DNA of 64,000 bases from Candidatus Enterousia sp. (GCA_045530935.1 JAZSDC010000004.1:3212-67211), one strand, 5' to 3'. Shown: positions 1-8,381, numbered from the stretch's first letter. Program-made: numbers and translations. The notes: generated by a model from the letters alone, not told the origin.

Positions 1-109
1 TGAAAGTGATTTGAAAAAAGGTATTAAAACTGTAACTAAGTTGGCAGCTGGTGTTGCAGATGAAGCGTTTGATAAAATTAAAAAAATGAAAAAGATTACA
101 AAACGTTAA
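1..109 (+). CDS. 3' end of an unidentified CDS (last 35 codons only)
   Basis: Frame is open from the window edge (codons from nt 2): ...ESDLKKGIKTVTKLAAGVADEAFDKIKKMKKITKR. TAA at 107-109 is followed by a strong intrinsic terminator. Confidence 0.4.
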   Translation, partial: ESDLKKGIKTVTKLAAGVADEAFDKIKKMKKITKR

Positions 110-139
110 TAAGAGTTTGTGATAGTTTGGTTTATGTTG

Positions 140-167
140 GTCGCGTTCTAAAAACGCGACTTTTTTT
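140..167 (+). terminator. Rho-independent terminator
   Basis: 7-bp stem GTCGCGT (140-146) / ACGCGAC (154-160), then T7 (161-167). Confidence 0.65.
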
Positions 168-227
168 GAAAAAATAAATTGTGAAATTATCGCAGGGTAT
201 AGCAATATGTGAATGGCGTATAATGTA

Positions 228-521
228 TATTATGTATAGTTTACCATGTTGGCACATGTAAACTTATACATAATATCTGGTGTGTTGTTGCTGTTGTTTT
301 ACCATTGTTGGTGCATGTAAACATATACATAATATCTGGTAAACTTATGCATAATGTTTTGGTGATGTTGTTGGTGTTGTTTTGCCATGTTGGCGCATGT
401 AAAACTTATACATAATATCTGGTAAACTTATGCATAATATTTTGGTGATGTTGTTGGTGTTGTTTTATCATGTTGGCACATGTAAACATATACATAATAT
501 CTGGTGATGTTGTGTAGTTGG
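228..521. repeat. Iteron-like tandem array: four ~40-bp core copies, with an 83-bp period for the two full units
   Basis: Core ACCATGTTGGCACATGTAAAC(T/A)TATACATAATATCTGGT at 243-281, 301-340, 384-423 and 467-505. Spacers AAACTTATGCATAAT(G/A)TTTTGGTGATGTTGTTGGTGTTGTTTT at 341-383 and 424-466. An inverted copy of TATACATAATAT lies at ~229-240. Confidence 0.9.
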
Positions 522-928
522 ATTATGGTGCAGATGAATTGTTTTAGGCGTGTATTTGTATGGTTCGGTCGCTGAAAGTTTTATATTTGTTGTTCTGTTT
601 GTTTTTTGGGTTATTTTCTGATATAATGTATGTTGTTCAGTTTAAATTTATGTTTTTTAATCGTGTTTATCAGTGTTTGTTTATGTGGATTTTTCAAGTT
701 AATGTTTTGTGTTTAAAGTTGCGTATAGTGTTTTGTTATTAGATTTATAAATTTGTTTTTGTGTCTGATGTGTTTGTGGCGATTTTGTGTGGTTGGATTG
801 TTTGGAAATATGGTAAAAAATGTGCAAAAATATGGAAAATGCCCTGCTCTGGTAGTAAAAAAATGAAAAAATGGCGGATTTCTGCGGGTTTGCGGGTGTT
901 TTTTGCGCCAAAAAGGGCGTTTTTTTGC

Positions 929-951
929 AAAAAAATGCCCCAAAGTGGGGC
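929..951 (-). terminator. Rho-independent terminator for the 967-1788 gene
   Basis: Minus strand reads GCCCCA-CTT-TGGGGC (951-937), then A + T7 (936-929), 16 nt after the stop codon. Confidence 0.55.
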
Positions 952-966
952 GATTGTTTGTTGTGA

Positions 967-1788
967 TTACCGTTTCTTGGTAAATTGTATGAAATTGGCG
1001 CGTTGTGCCAAGTATTGGTCAATTTCCAGTGCGTTCGCGTTTTGTGTTGTTTTAAACATTGGGGCAAACGCTTTGTTGTCTTGCCAGGTTTTTTGCCATT
1101 CAGCCAATTCGTATTTTACAAAGAATATTATTTCGTTTGGTGCGACGTGGGCATAGTTGTTGAAAGTGTTCGCACAAGCGGCGGAAATTCTGGCCTGGTC
1201 GCAAGGGGTGTCAAAGCCTGCAGCGTTAATGGTTGGAATTTGTTTGTTGTGTATTTGTTGGTTTATATAATCGGTCGCATCATAGATGTCTGGATCGGCA
1301 GGACCAAATTCGTATGCATGCCATTGGATGGCCTTTAACGGTGAATCTGTGGGGATTTTTGTGTATTTTTGTTCCAGTGATTGATATTCCAGCCACATTA
1401 AATATAGCAATGCCATTGTTTTTTCATTGTTGATTCGGCGTATGTCAATTGGTTGCTGTATGATTTGATTTATCAGATATATCGCAGTTGTGACTTTGTC
1501 TGGCCATGCAGATTTTGCAGGGGTTGCCAGGTGTGGTAATTGGTATTTGTCGCACAGACGGCATATGGTGCGTGCCTGTTCGGTTGCGATGTCATAACTG
1601 GTCCAATCGGCGGTGTACATTTTTGCGCCGTTTTGGTTTGTGTATGAATCAATTTGTGTGCCGGCGATTGCAGGCTTGTACCGTTTATTTGCGTTTAGTG
1701 CGTCATTTGACACAGGGGTTAAATCGCAACGTTCGTTGCAGCCGTCGCATTTTAAAATATTTGTGCGTTTGTTTTGTGAAAATGGCAT
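967..1788 (-). CDS. Hypothetical protein with CxxC pairs; possible Panacea (DUF4065, SocA-like) domain
   Basis: ORF 967..1839. The ATG at 1788 (MPFSQNKRT) has an AAGGA RBS upstream. KCDGCNERC and CRLCDKY suggest metal binding. KTMALLYLMWLEY...AIQWHAYEFGPADPDIYD loosely resembles the Panacea motif (LQKLLYxA...AWxYGPVxPxxY). Domain call is from memory only. Confidence 0.6.
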   Translation of the reverse strand: MPFSQNKRTNILKCDGCNERCDLTPVSNDALNANKRYKPAIAGTQIDSYTNQNGAKMYTADWTSYDIATEQARTICRLCDKYQLPHLATPAKSAWPDKVTTAIYLINQIIQQPIDIRRINNEKTMALLYLMWLEYQSLEQKYTKIPTDSPLKAIQWHAYEFGPADPDIYDATDYINQQIHNKQIPTINAAGFDTPCDQARISAACANTFNNYAHVAPNEIIFFVKYELAEWQKTWQDNKAFAPMFKTTQNANALEIDQYLAQRANFIQFTKKR

Positions 1789-1876
1789 GACAAAAATCCT
1801 TTTTGGGTATATTATATATGTGAAAATATAGTTTAGCAAGTTGATTTTTCTGTGTTTGTGGGGTATTATAAATTCT

Positions 1877-2596
1877 ATGAGATTAGATCAAGCGTTGGTT
1901 TTGCAGAATTTTTATCCCAGTCGCGCCAAAGCCGTGGCGGCAATTGATGCGGGGCTGGTAACTGTGAATGGCGTGGTTGCCAAAAAGCCCAGTCAGGCAG
2001 TCGCAGAATTTGATGTGATTGCGGGTGGTGCGTTGCCCTATTCCAGTGGTCGTGGCAGTTTAAAGTTGGCACATGCGTTGCAGTTTTTTAAAATTAGCCC
2101 ACAATCCAAGGTTTGTTTGGATGTTGGTGCCAGTACGGGTGGCTTTACCGAGGTTTTGTTAAATAGCGGCGCGTCGCGTGTTTATGCGGTGGATGTTGGG
2201 ACAAATCAATTAATTCCAGAGTTGCGTGAAAATCCGCGCGTAGTATCGCTGGAGCAGACGGATATTCGTGCCCTGCCCGTGCAATCGGTGGTGGATTTGA
2301 TTGTGATTGATGTGTCGTTTGTGTCGCTGACTAATATTATAGAGGCGTTGTGCCCATGGGGGGCGAAAAATATAATTGCGTTGATAAAACCGCAGTTTGA
2401 AGTTCCGCGCGATGTTGCCGCAAAGCATAACGGTGTTATAAAATCGGCGGATTGGCACAATTGGGCGATTGGTCAGGTTGTGGAATCTTTTGACAGGTTT
2501 GGATTTCGATTGTGTGGAATTACAGAATCGCCGGTCAAGGGTGGCAGTGGAAATACCGAATTCTTGGCGTGTTTTGAATTTGATAAACAAAGTTAA
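1877..2596 (+). CDS. tlyA: TlyA-family rRNA 2'-O-methyltransferase (S4 + FtsJ-like)
   Basis: MRLDQALV...SRAKAVAAIDAGLVTVNG (S4-like), LDVGASTGGFTEVLL (SAM motif), ALIKPQFE, GGSGNTEFL. ATG at 1877 is preferred over TTG at 1841. Confidence 0.85.
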   Translation: MRLDQALVLQNFYPSRAKAVAAIDAGLVTVNGVVAKKPSQAVAEFDVIAGGALPYSSGRGSLKLAHALQFFKISPQSKVCLDVGASTGGFTEVLLNSGASRVYAVDVGTNQLIPELRENPRVVSLEQTDIRALPVQSVVDLIVIDVSFVSLTNIIEALCPWGAKNIIALIKPQFEVPRDVAAKHNGVIKSADWHNWAIGQVVESFDRFGFRLCGITESPVKGGSGNTEFLACFEFDKQS

Positions 2597-2609
2597 TGCG
2601 TGCAAATAT

Positions 2610-2632
2610 CGCTATGATTATAGTGGTTTTTT
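2610..2632 (+). terminator. Weak rho-independent terminator after tlyA
   Basis: CGCTAT-GATT-ATAGTG (one G-U pair), then G + T6. Confidence 0.4.
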
Positions 2633-2970
2633 AATTGTCGTGTTTTGTGCGGTTTTTTAAGCGCCTGGTTTCTTTTTTTTGTATTTTGTTACGGTGTCTT
2701 TTTGCAATGCGATTAGTATTTTTTTTGGTATCGTGTGCAGCATTATCGATTAGCGCAAAACTGATGGTGCCCATTATGAATAACCAGGTGTTATCGTTCG
2801 CCCTGCCCGCTTCAATAGTGTTTTTTGATGTCTTGTAATAAATTGGATTCTTTGTTGCGTATATGTAAAACCTTTTTGTTGTTGGTAATGTTATCAATTT
2901 GTGTGTGCTTTGCTGCAATGATTTTTACTTGAAATTAAGTGGTGTCGGCGGTAAAATTCGCCCAGTTATT

Positions 2971-5388
2971 ATGAAACAACAGGATATAGACATGGCAGAC
3001 GATATTAAAAAAATTCATGAACGCGAAGCAAAGTGGCAGAAAAAATGGCGTGAAGCGCGCGCATTTGTGCCAAAAAATGATGGAGAAAAACCAAAGTATT
3101 ATAATTTGATTGAATTTCCGTTTCCGTCGGGTTCGGGGTTGCATGTTGGACATATGTTGCCGTATACAGGTATGGATGTTCTGGCGCGTTGGCGTCGTAT
3201 GCGTGGTTTTGATGTCTTGTTCCCAATTGGGTATGATTCTATGGGGATTTCGTCTGAAAACTATGCGACGAAAATAGGTAAACATCCCAGCGAGAGTGTT
3301 GCGGAATTAATCAAGATTTTTGAACGTGATATTGATATTATGGGACTGTCATTTGATCCAGAATCAAAGGTGTCTACATCTGATCCAGAATTTATTAAAT
3401 GGACACAATGGATGTTTATTCAATTTTTTAAGGCAGGATTGGCGTATAAGTCTGAATTGCCGATGAATTGGTGTCCGTCGTGTAAAACAAATCTGACCAA
3501 TGAAGAATTGGAAGATGGTTGCTGTGAACGCTGTCATGGACCTGTTGAAAAGAAAATGAAATTGCAGTGGAATTTAGCAATTACTAAGTATGCAGACCGA
3601 CTGATTGATGATTTGGTACATGTTGACTATCCAGAACGTGTAAAAACCGAGCAGATTAATTGGATTGGGCGTTCGTATGGTGCGGATGTTGATTTTATGG
3701 TCGGTGAAGACAAGATGACAGTTTATACAACGCGCGTTGATACAATCTTTGGTGTGACATTCTGTGTAATCGCGCCAGAGCATGCGTTGGTAAAAAAATG
3801 GCTGGATGAAGGTAAGATTACAAATGTGGATGCGGTTAATGAATATATTGCTGCAGCACGTGCAAAGTCAGACATTGAACGTACTGATGTGACCAAGGAT
3901 AAAACAGGTGTTCGTTTGCAGGGTATTATGGCCAAAAACCCATTTAATGGTCGTGAAATCCCGGTCTTTATTTCAGACTATGTCTTGGCTGATTATGGGT
4001 TTGGGGCGATTATGGCGGTGCCGGCACATGATGGGCGCGATTGGGACTTTGCCAAGAAGTTTGGTCTGGATATTATCCCGGTTTTGTCAGGGGGCGCGCC
4101 TGATAAAGTATGGGAAGGCGATGGTGCGCATATTAATTCGGATTTCTTGGATGGTATGGGAAAAGAAGATGCAATTGCCACCGCGATTAAATATGGTACA
4201 GAACATGGATTTGCACGCGGTACAACCAAATATAAGTTAAAAGACTGGGGATTTTCACGTCAGATGTACTGGGGTGAGCCTATTCCGCTGGTGTACTGTG
4301 AAAAATGCGGATGGCAGCCGGTTGATGAATCTGAATTGCCATTGATGCAACCTTATATGGCGGATTATAAGCCAACAGATGATGGCGAAGGGCCCCTGGC
4401 GCGCGCAACAGATTGGGTTAATACAACCTGTCCAAAGTGTGGCGCAGCGGCAAAACGCGAAACAGATACTATGCCACAGTGGGCGGGGTCTTCGTGGTAT
4501 TTTATGCGCTATTTGGATTCAAAGAATAATGATGCGTTTTGTTCGCGTGCACAATTGGATAAATGGATGCCTGTTAATCATTATAACGGTGGGATGGAAC
4601 ATACAACGCGTCATTTGCTGTATTCGCGTTTCTGGTATAAGGCGTTGGCTGATTTAGGATATGTTCCAGGGATTGAACCGTATATGAAGCGTACCAGTAA
4701 TGGTTTGATTATGGCGGCAGATGGTTCCAAGATGTCAAAATCGCGTGGTAATACAGTGCCAAGTTCTGATGTTGTTGCGCGCAGTGGTGCGGATGCGTGT
4801 CGTATGGCGATATTGTATCTGGGGCCATGGGAACAAAGTGCAAATTGGTCCGAAGATACATTGCGTGGTGTGGAACGTTTCTTGAAACGGGTTGAGGGGC
4901 TGTCAGATAATTTGACCGATGATGCGATGACGGCGGATCAGGAAAGATTGGTACATAAACTGATTGCAGATGCGACAGATCGTCTGGAAAATATGAAATT
5001 TAATACAACGATTTCTGCAATGATGGAATATATCAATGCGTTCCCAGGCGGTAAAATGCCACGTGTGGCGTATGAAACATTGTTGCAGGTATTAAATCCA
5101 TTCGCGCCACATTTGACCGAAGAAATGTGGGAAAAAATTGGGCATAACGAAATGCTGGTGTTCACACCGTGGCCGACATTTGACCCGGCAAAACTGGTTG
5201 AAACATCAATGACAATTGTTGTGTCGGTTAATGGCAAGCGCGCGGCAGACTTTACCATGCCTGCTGACAGTGACGAAGACACAATTGTTGCCGCTGCCAA
5301 AGATGCCGCAGGCGCGAAATTGGATGGAAAAACAATAATTAAAACGATTGTGGTGCCAAAAAAGTTAGTTAACTTTGTTGTAAAATAA
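2971..5388 (+). CDS. leuS: Leucine--tRNA ligase
   Basis: HVGH (HIGH-type) motif, KMSKSRGN, CP1 editing region and Zn-type CxxC...CxxC. ATG at 2971 (MKQQDIDM) chosen within ORF 2899..5388. Confidence 0.97.
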   Translation: MKQQDIDMADDIKKIHEREAKWQKKWREARAFVPKNDGEKPKYYNLIEFPFPSGSGLHVGHMLPYTGMDVLARWRRMRGFDVLFPIGYDSMGISSENYATKIGKHPSESVAELIKIFERDIDIMGLSFDPESKVSTSDPEFIKWTQWMFIQFFKAGLAYKSELPMNWCPSCKTNLTNEELEDGCCERCHGPVEKKMKLQWNLAITKYADRLIDDLVHVDYPERVKTEQINWIGRSYGADVDFMVGEDKMTVYTTRVDTIFGVTFCVIAPEHALVKKWLDEGKITNVDAVNEYIAAARAKSDIERTDVTKDKTGVRLQGIMAKNPFNGREIPVFISDYVLADYGFGAIMAVPAHDGRDWDFAKKFGLDIIPVLSGGAPDKVWEGDGAHINSDFLDGMGKEDAIATAIKYGTEHGFARGTTKYKLKDWGFSRQMYWGEPIPLVYCEKCGWQPVDESELPLMQPYMADYKPTDDGEGPLARATDWVNTTCPKCGAAAKRETDTMPQWAGSSWYFMRYLDSKNNDAFCSRAQLDKWMPVNHYNGGMEHTTRHLLYSRFWYKALADLGYVPGIEPYMKRTSNGLIMAADGSKMSKSRGNTVPSSDVVARSGADACRMAILYLGPWEQSANWSEDTLRGVERFLKRVEGLSDNLTDDAMTADQERLVHKLIADATDRLENMKFNTTISAMMEYINAFPGGKMPRVAYETLLQVLNPFAPHLTEEMWEKIGHNEMLVFTPWPTFDPAKLVETSMTIVVSVNGKRAADFTMPADSDEDTIVAAAKDAAGAKLDGKTIIKTIVVPKKLVNFVVK

Positions 5389-5397
5389 AATCTAATG

Positions 5398-5588
5398 GCA
5401 TATCTAAAGCGAATGGGGGAATCTCATGTAGCGTTTGTACACTACGATTCCCCCATTCACTTTATCTATACCATTATCTTTTATTTTATATAATTTGTAG
5501 CATATCTGCACTTAAACCCACAACCTTATGTAGCGTCTGTACACTGCGGTTGCGGGTTTAATTGCATCTATACCATTATCTTTTATTT
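5398..5588. repeat. Two tandem ~101-bp units, each a long hairpin with conserved loop and flanks and a unit-specific stem
   Basis: Unit 1 arms 5411-5423/5446-5458 (13 bp, perfect). Unit 2 arms 5512-5525/5548-5561 (14 bp, one G-U). The 22-nt loops are 19/22 identical. Shared flanks are GCATATCT (5398, 5500) and ATCTATACCATTATCTTTTATTT (5464-5486, 5566-5588). Confidence 0.9.
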
Positions 5589-6033
5589 ATGAAATTTTTT
5601 CGACACGGCGGATGCGGCGTTCAATTGCGTCAAATGGGCTTTCCAGGAATGTTTGGGCGACCAGGAATGCAACCTCTATATCAATATCATCGGCTGCCAG
5701 TGCCAGGACATTCGTGTCGTCGTGGAAACGGTCGTCGCGGGCCTGGGATGGTGTGTTGCAGCGCGAAGCACGAATATGGCGATAGCGGTTGGCGGCAATC
5801 ATTACGCCTGCGCCTGTGCCACAAATAATGATGCCACGCGAATTTTTATCGTCCAGCATTGCATCGGCCAATGTGGCGGCGACATCTGGATAGTCTGCAG
5901 ATACATTTGGGTCGTCAACCCCAAGATTTACAACATTATAGCCCGCGGCTGATAACATTTCGATTAAGTATAATTTTAACCCTGCCCCACGATGATCGGC
6001 GGCAATAAAAACCTTGGAAACTGTTTTATTCAT
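5587..6033 (-). CDS. rpiB: Ribose-5-phosphate isomerase B
   Basis: RpiB/LacA/LacB pattern: KVFIAADHRG..LK, GIIICGTGAGVMIAANR. Its start overlaps the bactofilin stop by 8 nt. Confidence 0.9.
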   Translation of the reverse strand: MNKTVSKVFIAADHRGAGLKLYLIEMLSAAGYNVVNLGVDDPNVSADYPDVAATLADAMLDDKNSRGIIICGTGAGVMIAANRYRHIRASRCNTPSQARDDRFHDDTNVLALAADDIDIEVAFLVAQTFLESPFDAIERRIRRVEKIS

Positions 6034-6379
6034 CGTCTTCCCCCTTGCGTTTAGATAGTTTGCATTCCAGACCGGTGTTTCCGGTAATGTTTAGTGTGCG
6101 GTATGACAGTGTGCCTGTCATTTGTGCTGCACTGAATATGTTTGCAGTATTTACAATCGCCGGGCCGTCCAACATTCCGTGCAGAAACAGAACAGGTGTG
6201 CGAACTTCGCCAACTACACGTCCGCCACGGCCGATTACAACTGTTTCGGCGGTGATTGTGCCGACAACTTCGCCGTGGATTTGGACCGTATGGTCTGTTT
6301 TGATGTCGCCGGTTAATTTGCACCCTGCCCCAATAATGGTCGGAGATTGTTTTTCTGATGCGTTTGTAAATGCCAACAT
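6026..6379 (-). CDS. Bactofilin (polymer-forming cytoskeletal protein)
   Basis: Beta-helical repeat pattern: IIGAGCKLTGDIKTDHTVQIHGEVVGTITAETVVIGRGGRVVGEV. Size is 117 aa. Confidence 0.85.
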   Translation of the reverse strand: MLAFTNASEKQSPTIIGAGCKLTGDIKTDHTVQIHGEVVGTITAETVVIGRGGRVVGEVRTPVLFLHGMLDGPAIVNTANIFSAAQMTGTLSYRTLNITGNTGLECKLSKRKGEDDE

Positions 6380-6380
6380 T

Positions 6381-7658
6381 TTATTCTTCCTTTATAAACT
6401 TGGTTGGGTCAAATGGTGCACCCTTGTATCTTATTTCATAATGCAGATGTGGTCCGGTTGAACGACCAGATGAGCCTGCCAGCCCAATAACAGTGCCAGG
6501 ACGTACCCAATCGCCACGAGAAACCAATATCTGTGACAGGTGGGCGTATAATGTCGTAAAGCCCAGTCCATGGTCAATTTCAACGGTTGTGCCATATCCA
6601 ACGCGTTCGCCAGCTGATACAACGCGACCAGGTGCAACAGTCATTAATTCTGTTCCTATTTTTCCAGCAAAATCAATCCCACGATGTTTTTTGGGTTTCC
6701 CAGTAAATGGGTCTTTGCGTGTGCCATAGTTTGATGTTATACGTGATTTTACAGGTTTGCCCAGTGGTAAAATTTCATTCAAACGACGCAAGCCGTTCCA
6801 ACGTTCTAGACCGTCAGCTAGCTTTTGATATTTTTCATCAAGTTGTGTGTCAAATTCAATTGGTGTAAATGCCGAACCAACCAGTGGATTTGTGTATTTG
6901 TTTGCATTGCGCAACAGATATTTCTCGCTAAGTCCCAGTGATATAATAGTGCTGTTTATGCGTTTGATGTTTTGTTGTAATTTTTCTGAACCTTCTTTTG
7001 TTAATAAGGTGACCGTATCAACGATTATATTGTCTGCATCAGCGATTTGTGCCATGGATTCAATGATTTGAGTGTTGCGTTTTTTTAATTCGTCATTTTC
7101 TGCCCGGGTCAGTTCATATTCAGCAGAAAGTTCAGATAATTTTGTAAATTCTGGCTCAAAGTCTTCATTTTTTAGCATTTCAACAATTCTGGTGCGCAGG
7201 AAATCAAGTTCGCCCCATGTTTTAATGCGAGAGTTCATCAGTTTGTCTTTTTCGCCATCGTTTAGTTTTTTAGAATTCAAAACCTTGTCGTCAATAATAT
7301 TTAAATCTCGAACTAAATCATTATATTTTGCCAGATATGTTTGTAAATCTGACATATGACGTTTGTGAGTTGTTCGAGTCTCTTCAAGCTGTTGTGTGCG
7401 TTTTTGTAACAGTGGGCGATGATAGACAAATACATATGTTGACCATGCAGCCCATAAAAATAGTCCAATTTTTCCGCAAAAGCGCGTAAAACGCCAGAAA
7501 CTGCTTTGATTGTATGTATAAACGTTGCCACGCGGTGTGTCCATTACAGTAAATTCGCGTGGTGGAAAAACACGTGAAATCACGCGCCAAATAGCGCGAA
7601 ATGGTGATGTAATAAAAGCCCAAAACGATGTAAAGTATCGTGTTATAAAATTTATCAT
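6381..7658 (-). CDS. M23 family peptidoglycan DD-metalloendopeptidase with N-terminal TM segment and coiled coil
   Basis: C-terminal LytM motifs HRGIDFAG...TTLYAHLS...GSSGRSTGPHLHYEI. Long coiled-coil middle region and an N-terminal hydrophobic segment. Confidence 0.9.
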   Translation of the reverse strand: MINFITRYFTSFWAFITSPFRAIWRVISRVFPPREFTVMDTPRGNVYTYNQSSFWRFTRFCGKIGLFLWAAWSTYVFVYHRPLLQKRTQQLEETRTTHKRHMSDLQTYLAKYNDLVRDLNIIDDKVLNSKKLNDGEKDKLMNSRIKTWGELDFLRTRIVEMLKNEDFEPEFTKLSELSAEYELTRAENDELKKRNTQIIESMAQIADADNIIVDTVTLLTKEGSEKLQQNIKRINSTIISLGLSEKYLLRNANKYTNPLVGSAFTPIEFDTQLDEKYQKLADGLERWNGLRRLNEILPLGKPVKSRITSNYGTRKDPFTGKPKKHRGIDFAGKIGTELMTVAPGRVVSAGERVGYGTTVEIDHGLGFTTLYAHLSQILVSRGDWVRPGTVIGLAGSSGRSTGPHLHYEIRYKGAPFDPTKFIKEE

Positions 7659-8347
7659 TTCTGGTCCAGTCTAGACAAAAAATCCGTAATAGTCAAGCCG
7701 TCGCGTAAAATAGGATCGCAATTCATGGATAAGCCTTGGTGGATGGTGCTGATTCCATGAGAACCCAGTTTCCCGGAAATTAATACCCTTTCTGCAGTGT
7801 TTTTTGCGCCAAACAATGGGAAAATGTTTATATCCCCCAGTTTTTTAGACATTTCTGCAATCGTTGTGGCGCATGTCGCGGCATCTGTTATTATACAAAA
7901 AATGCCCATGGGACGAACGCGCGCAATGCAACGCGATATCCAACCTGGTAAATCTGCGTTGTGGTGCGCATTATGTTTTGCGGGCGTTCCATTAAAATAA
8001 GGCGGGTTTGTTACAACCAAATCAAAAGTTTTGTTTGTTCGCCAGGACATGATATCGGCATGTATTAGTTCGATTTCAGTGTCATTTAATTGTGTGTTTT
8101 CTTGACATGCGGATAACATTTCTGGATTTATGTCAATGCCTGTTATTTTAGCGTTTGGTTTGTGGTTGTGCAGGCACAAGGATACGCCACCGGTTCCAAT
8201 GCCGACATCCAGAATTGTTTGTGCGTGTTGATTTGTGGCAAATGCAGCCAACCAAACAGCATCAGATGTTGGGTTATATGTGCTGCGTTTGATTTTTATT
8301 TTGCCACCCAGCAGTGTAAAAATTTCTTGTTTTGTCTTCATAGCCAT
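7655..8347 (-). CDS. SAM-dependent N6-adenine methyltransferase, TrmN6/YfiC-like (tRNA1-Val m6A37-type)
   Basis: ILDVGIGTGGVSL (motif I) and VVTNPPYF (NPPY motif). 4-nt ATGA overlap with the M23 gene. Confidence 0.75.
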   Translation of the reverse strand: MAMKTKQEIFTLLGGKIKIKRSTYNPTSDAVWLAAFATNQHAQTILDVGIGTGGVSLCLHNHKPNAKITGIDINPEMLSACQENTQLNDTEIELIHADIMSWRTNKTFDLVVTNPPYFNGTPAKHNAHHNADLPGWISRCIARVRPMGIFCIITDAATCATTIAEMSKKLGDINIFPLFGAKNTAERVLISGKLGSHGISTIHQGLSMNCDPILRDGLTITDFLSRLDQK

Positions 8348-8381
8348 TTATAATAAATCATAGAAAATAAAAGGCAAGTTT

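Noticed and set aside
228-521. Could the tandem array be a CRISPR array or carry sigma-54 promoters (TGGCAC)?
   Set aside because: The 'spacers' (341-383 and 424-466) are nearly identical to each other and no cas genes are present. TGGCAC is not followed by TTGC at the required 5-nt spacing.
684-692. DnaA-box-like TGTGGATTT, raising the possibility of oriC
   Set aside because: It is a single partial match (consensus TGTGGATAA) with no cluster of boxes and no origin-linked gene I can recognise beside it.
560-1156. Several 60-131-aa ORFs on both strands in the tract upstream of and overlapping the 967-1788 gene (560..742, 699..1067, 713..943, 745..930, 761..1156)
   Set aside because: They overlap each other and have F/L/C/K-rich translations typical of T-rich noncoding DNA. 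They lack ribosome-binding sites and contain terminator hairpins.
2707-2838. 43-aa lipoprotein-like ORF (MRLVFFLVSC...) in the tlyA-leuS gap
   Set aside because: It has no Shine-Dalgarno sequence. The region is T-rich, so hydrophobic ORFs arise by chance, and there is no supporting evidence.
5398-5588. Hairpin pair as integron attC sites or as ordinary bidirectional terminators
   Set aside because: No GTTRRRY/RYYYAAC core sites and no integrase are present. Neither stem is followed by a T-run on either strand. The pair is kept as an unexplained structured element instead.
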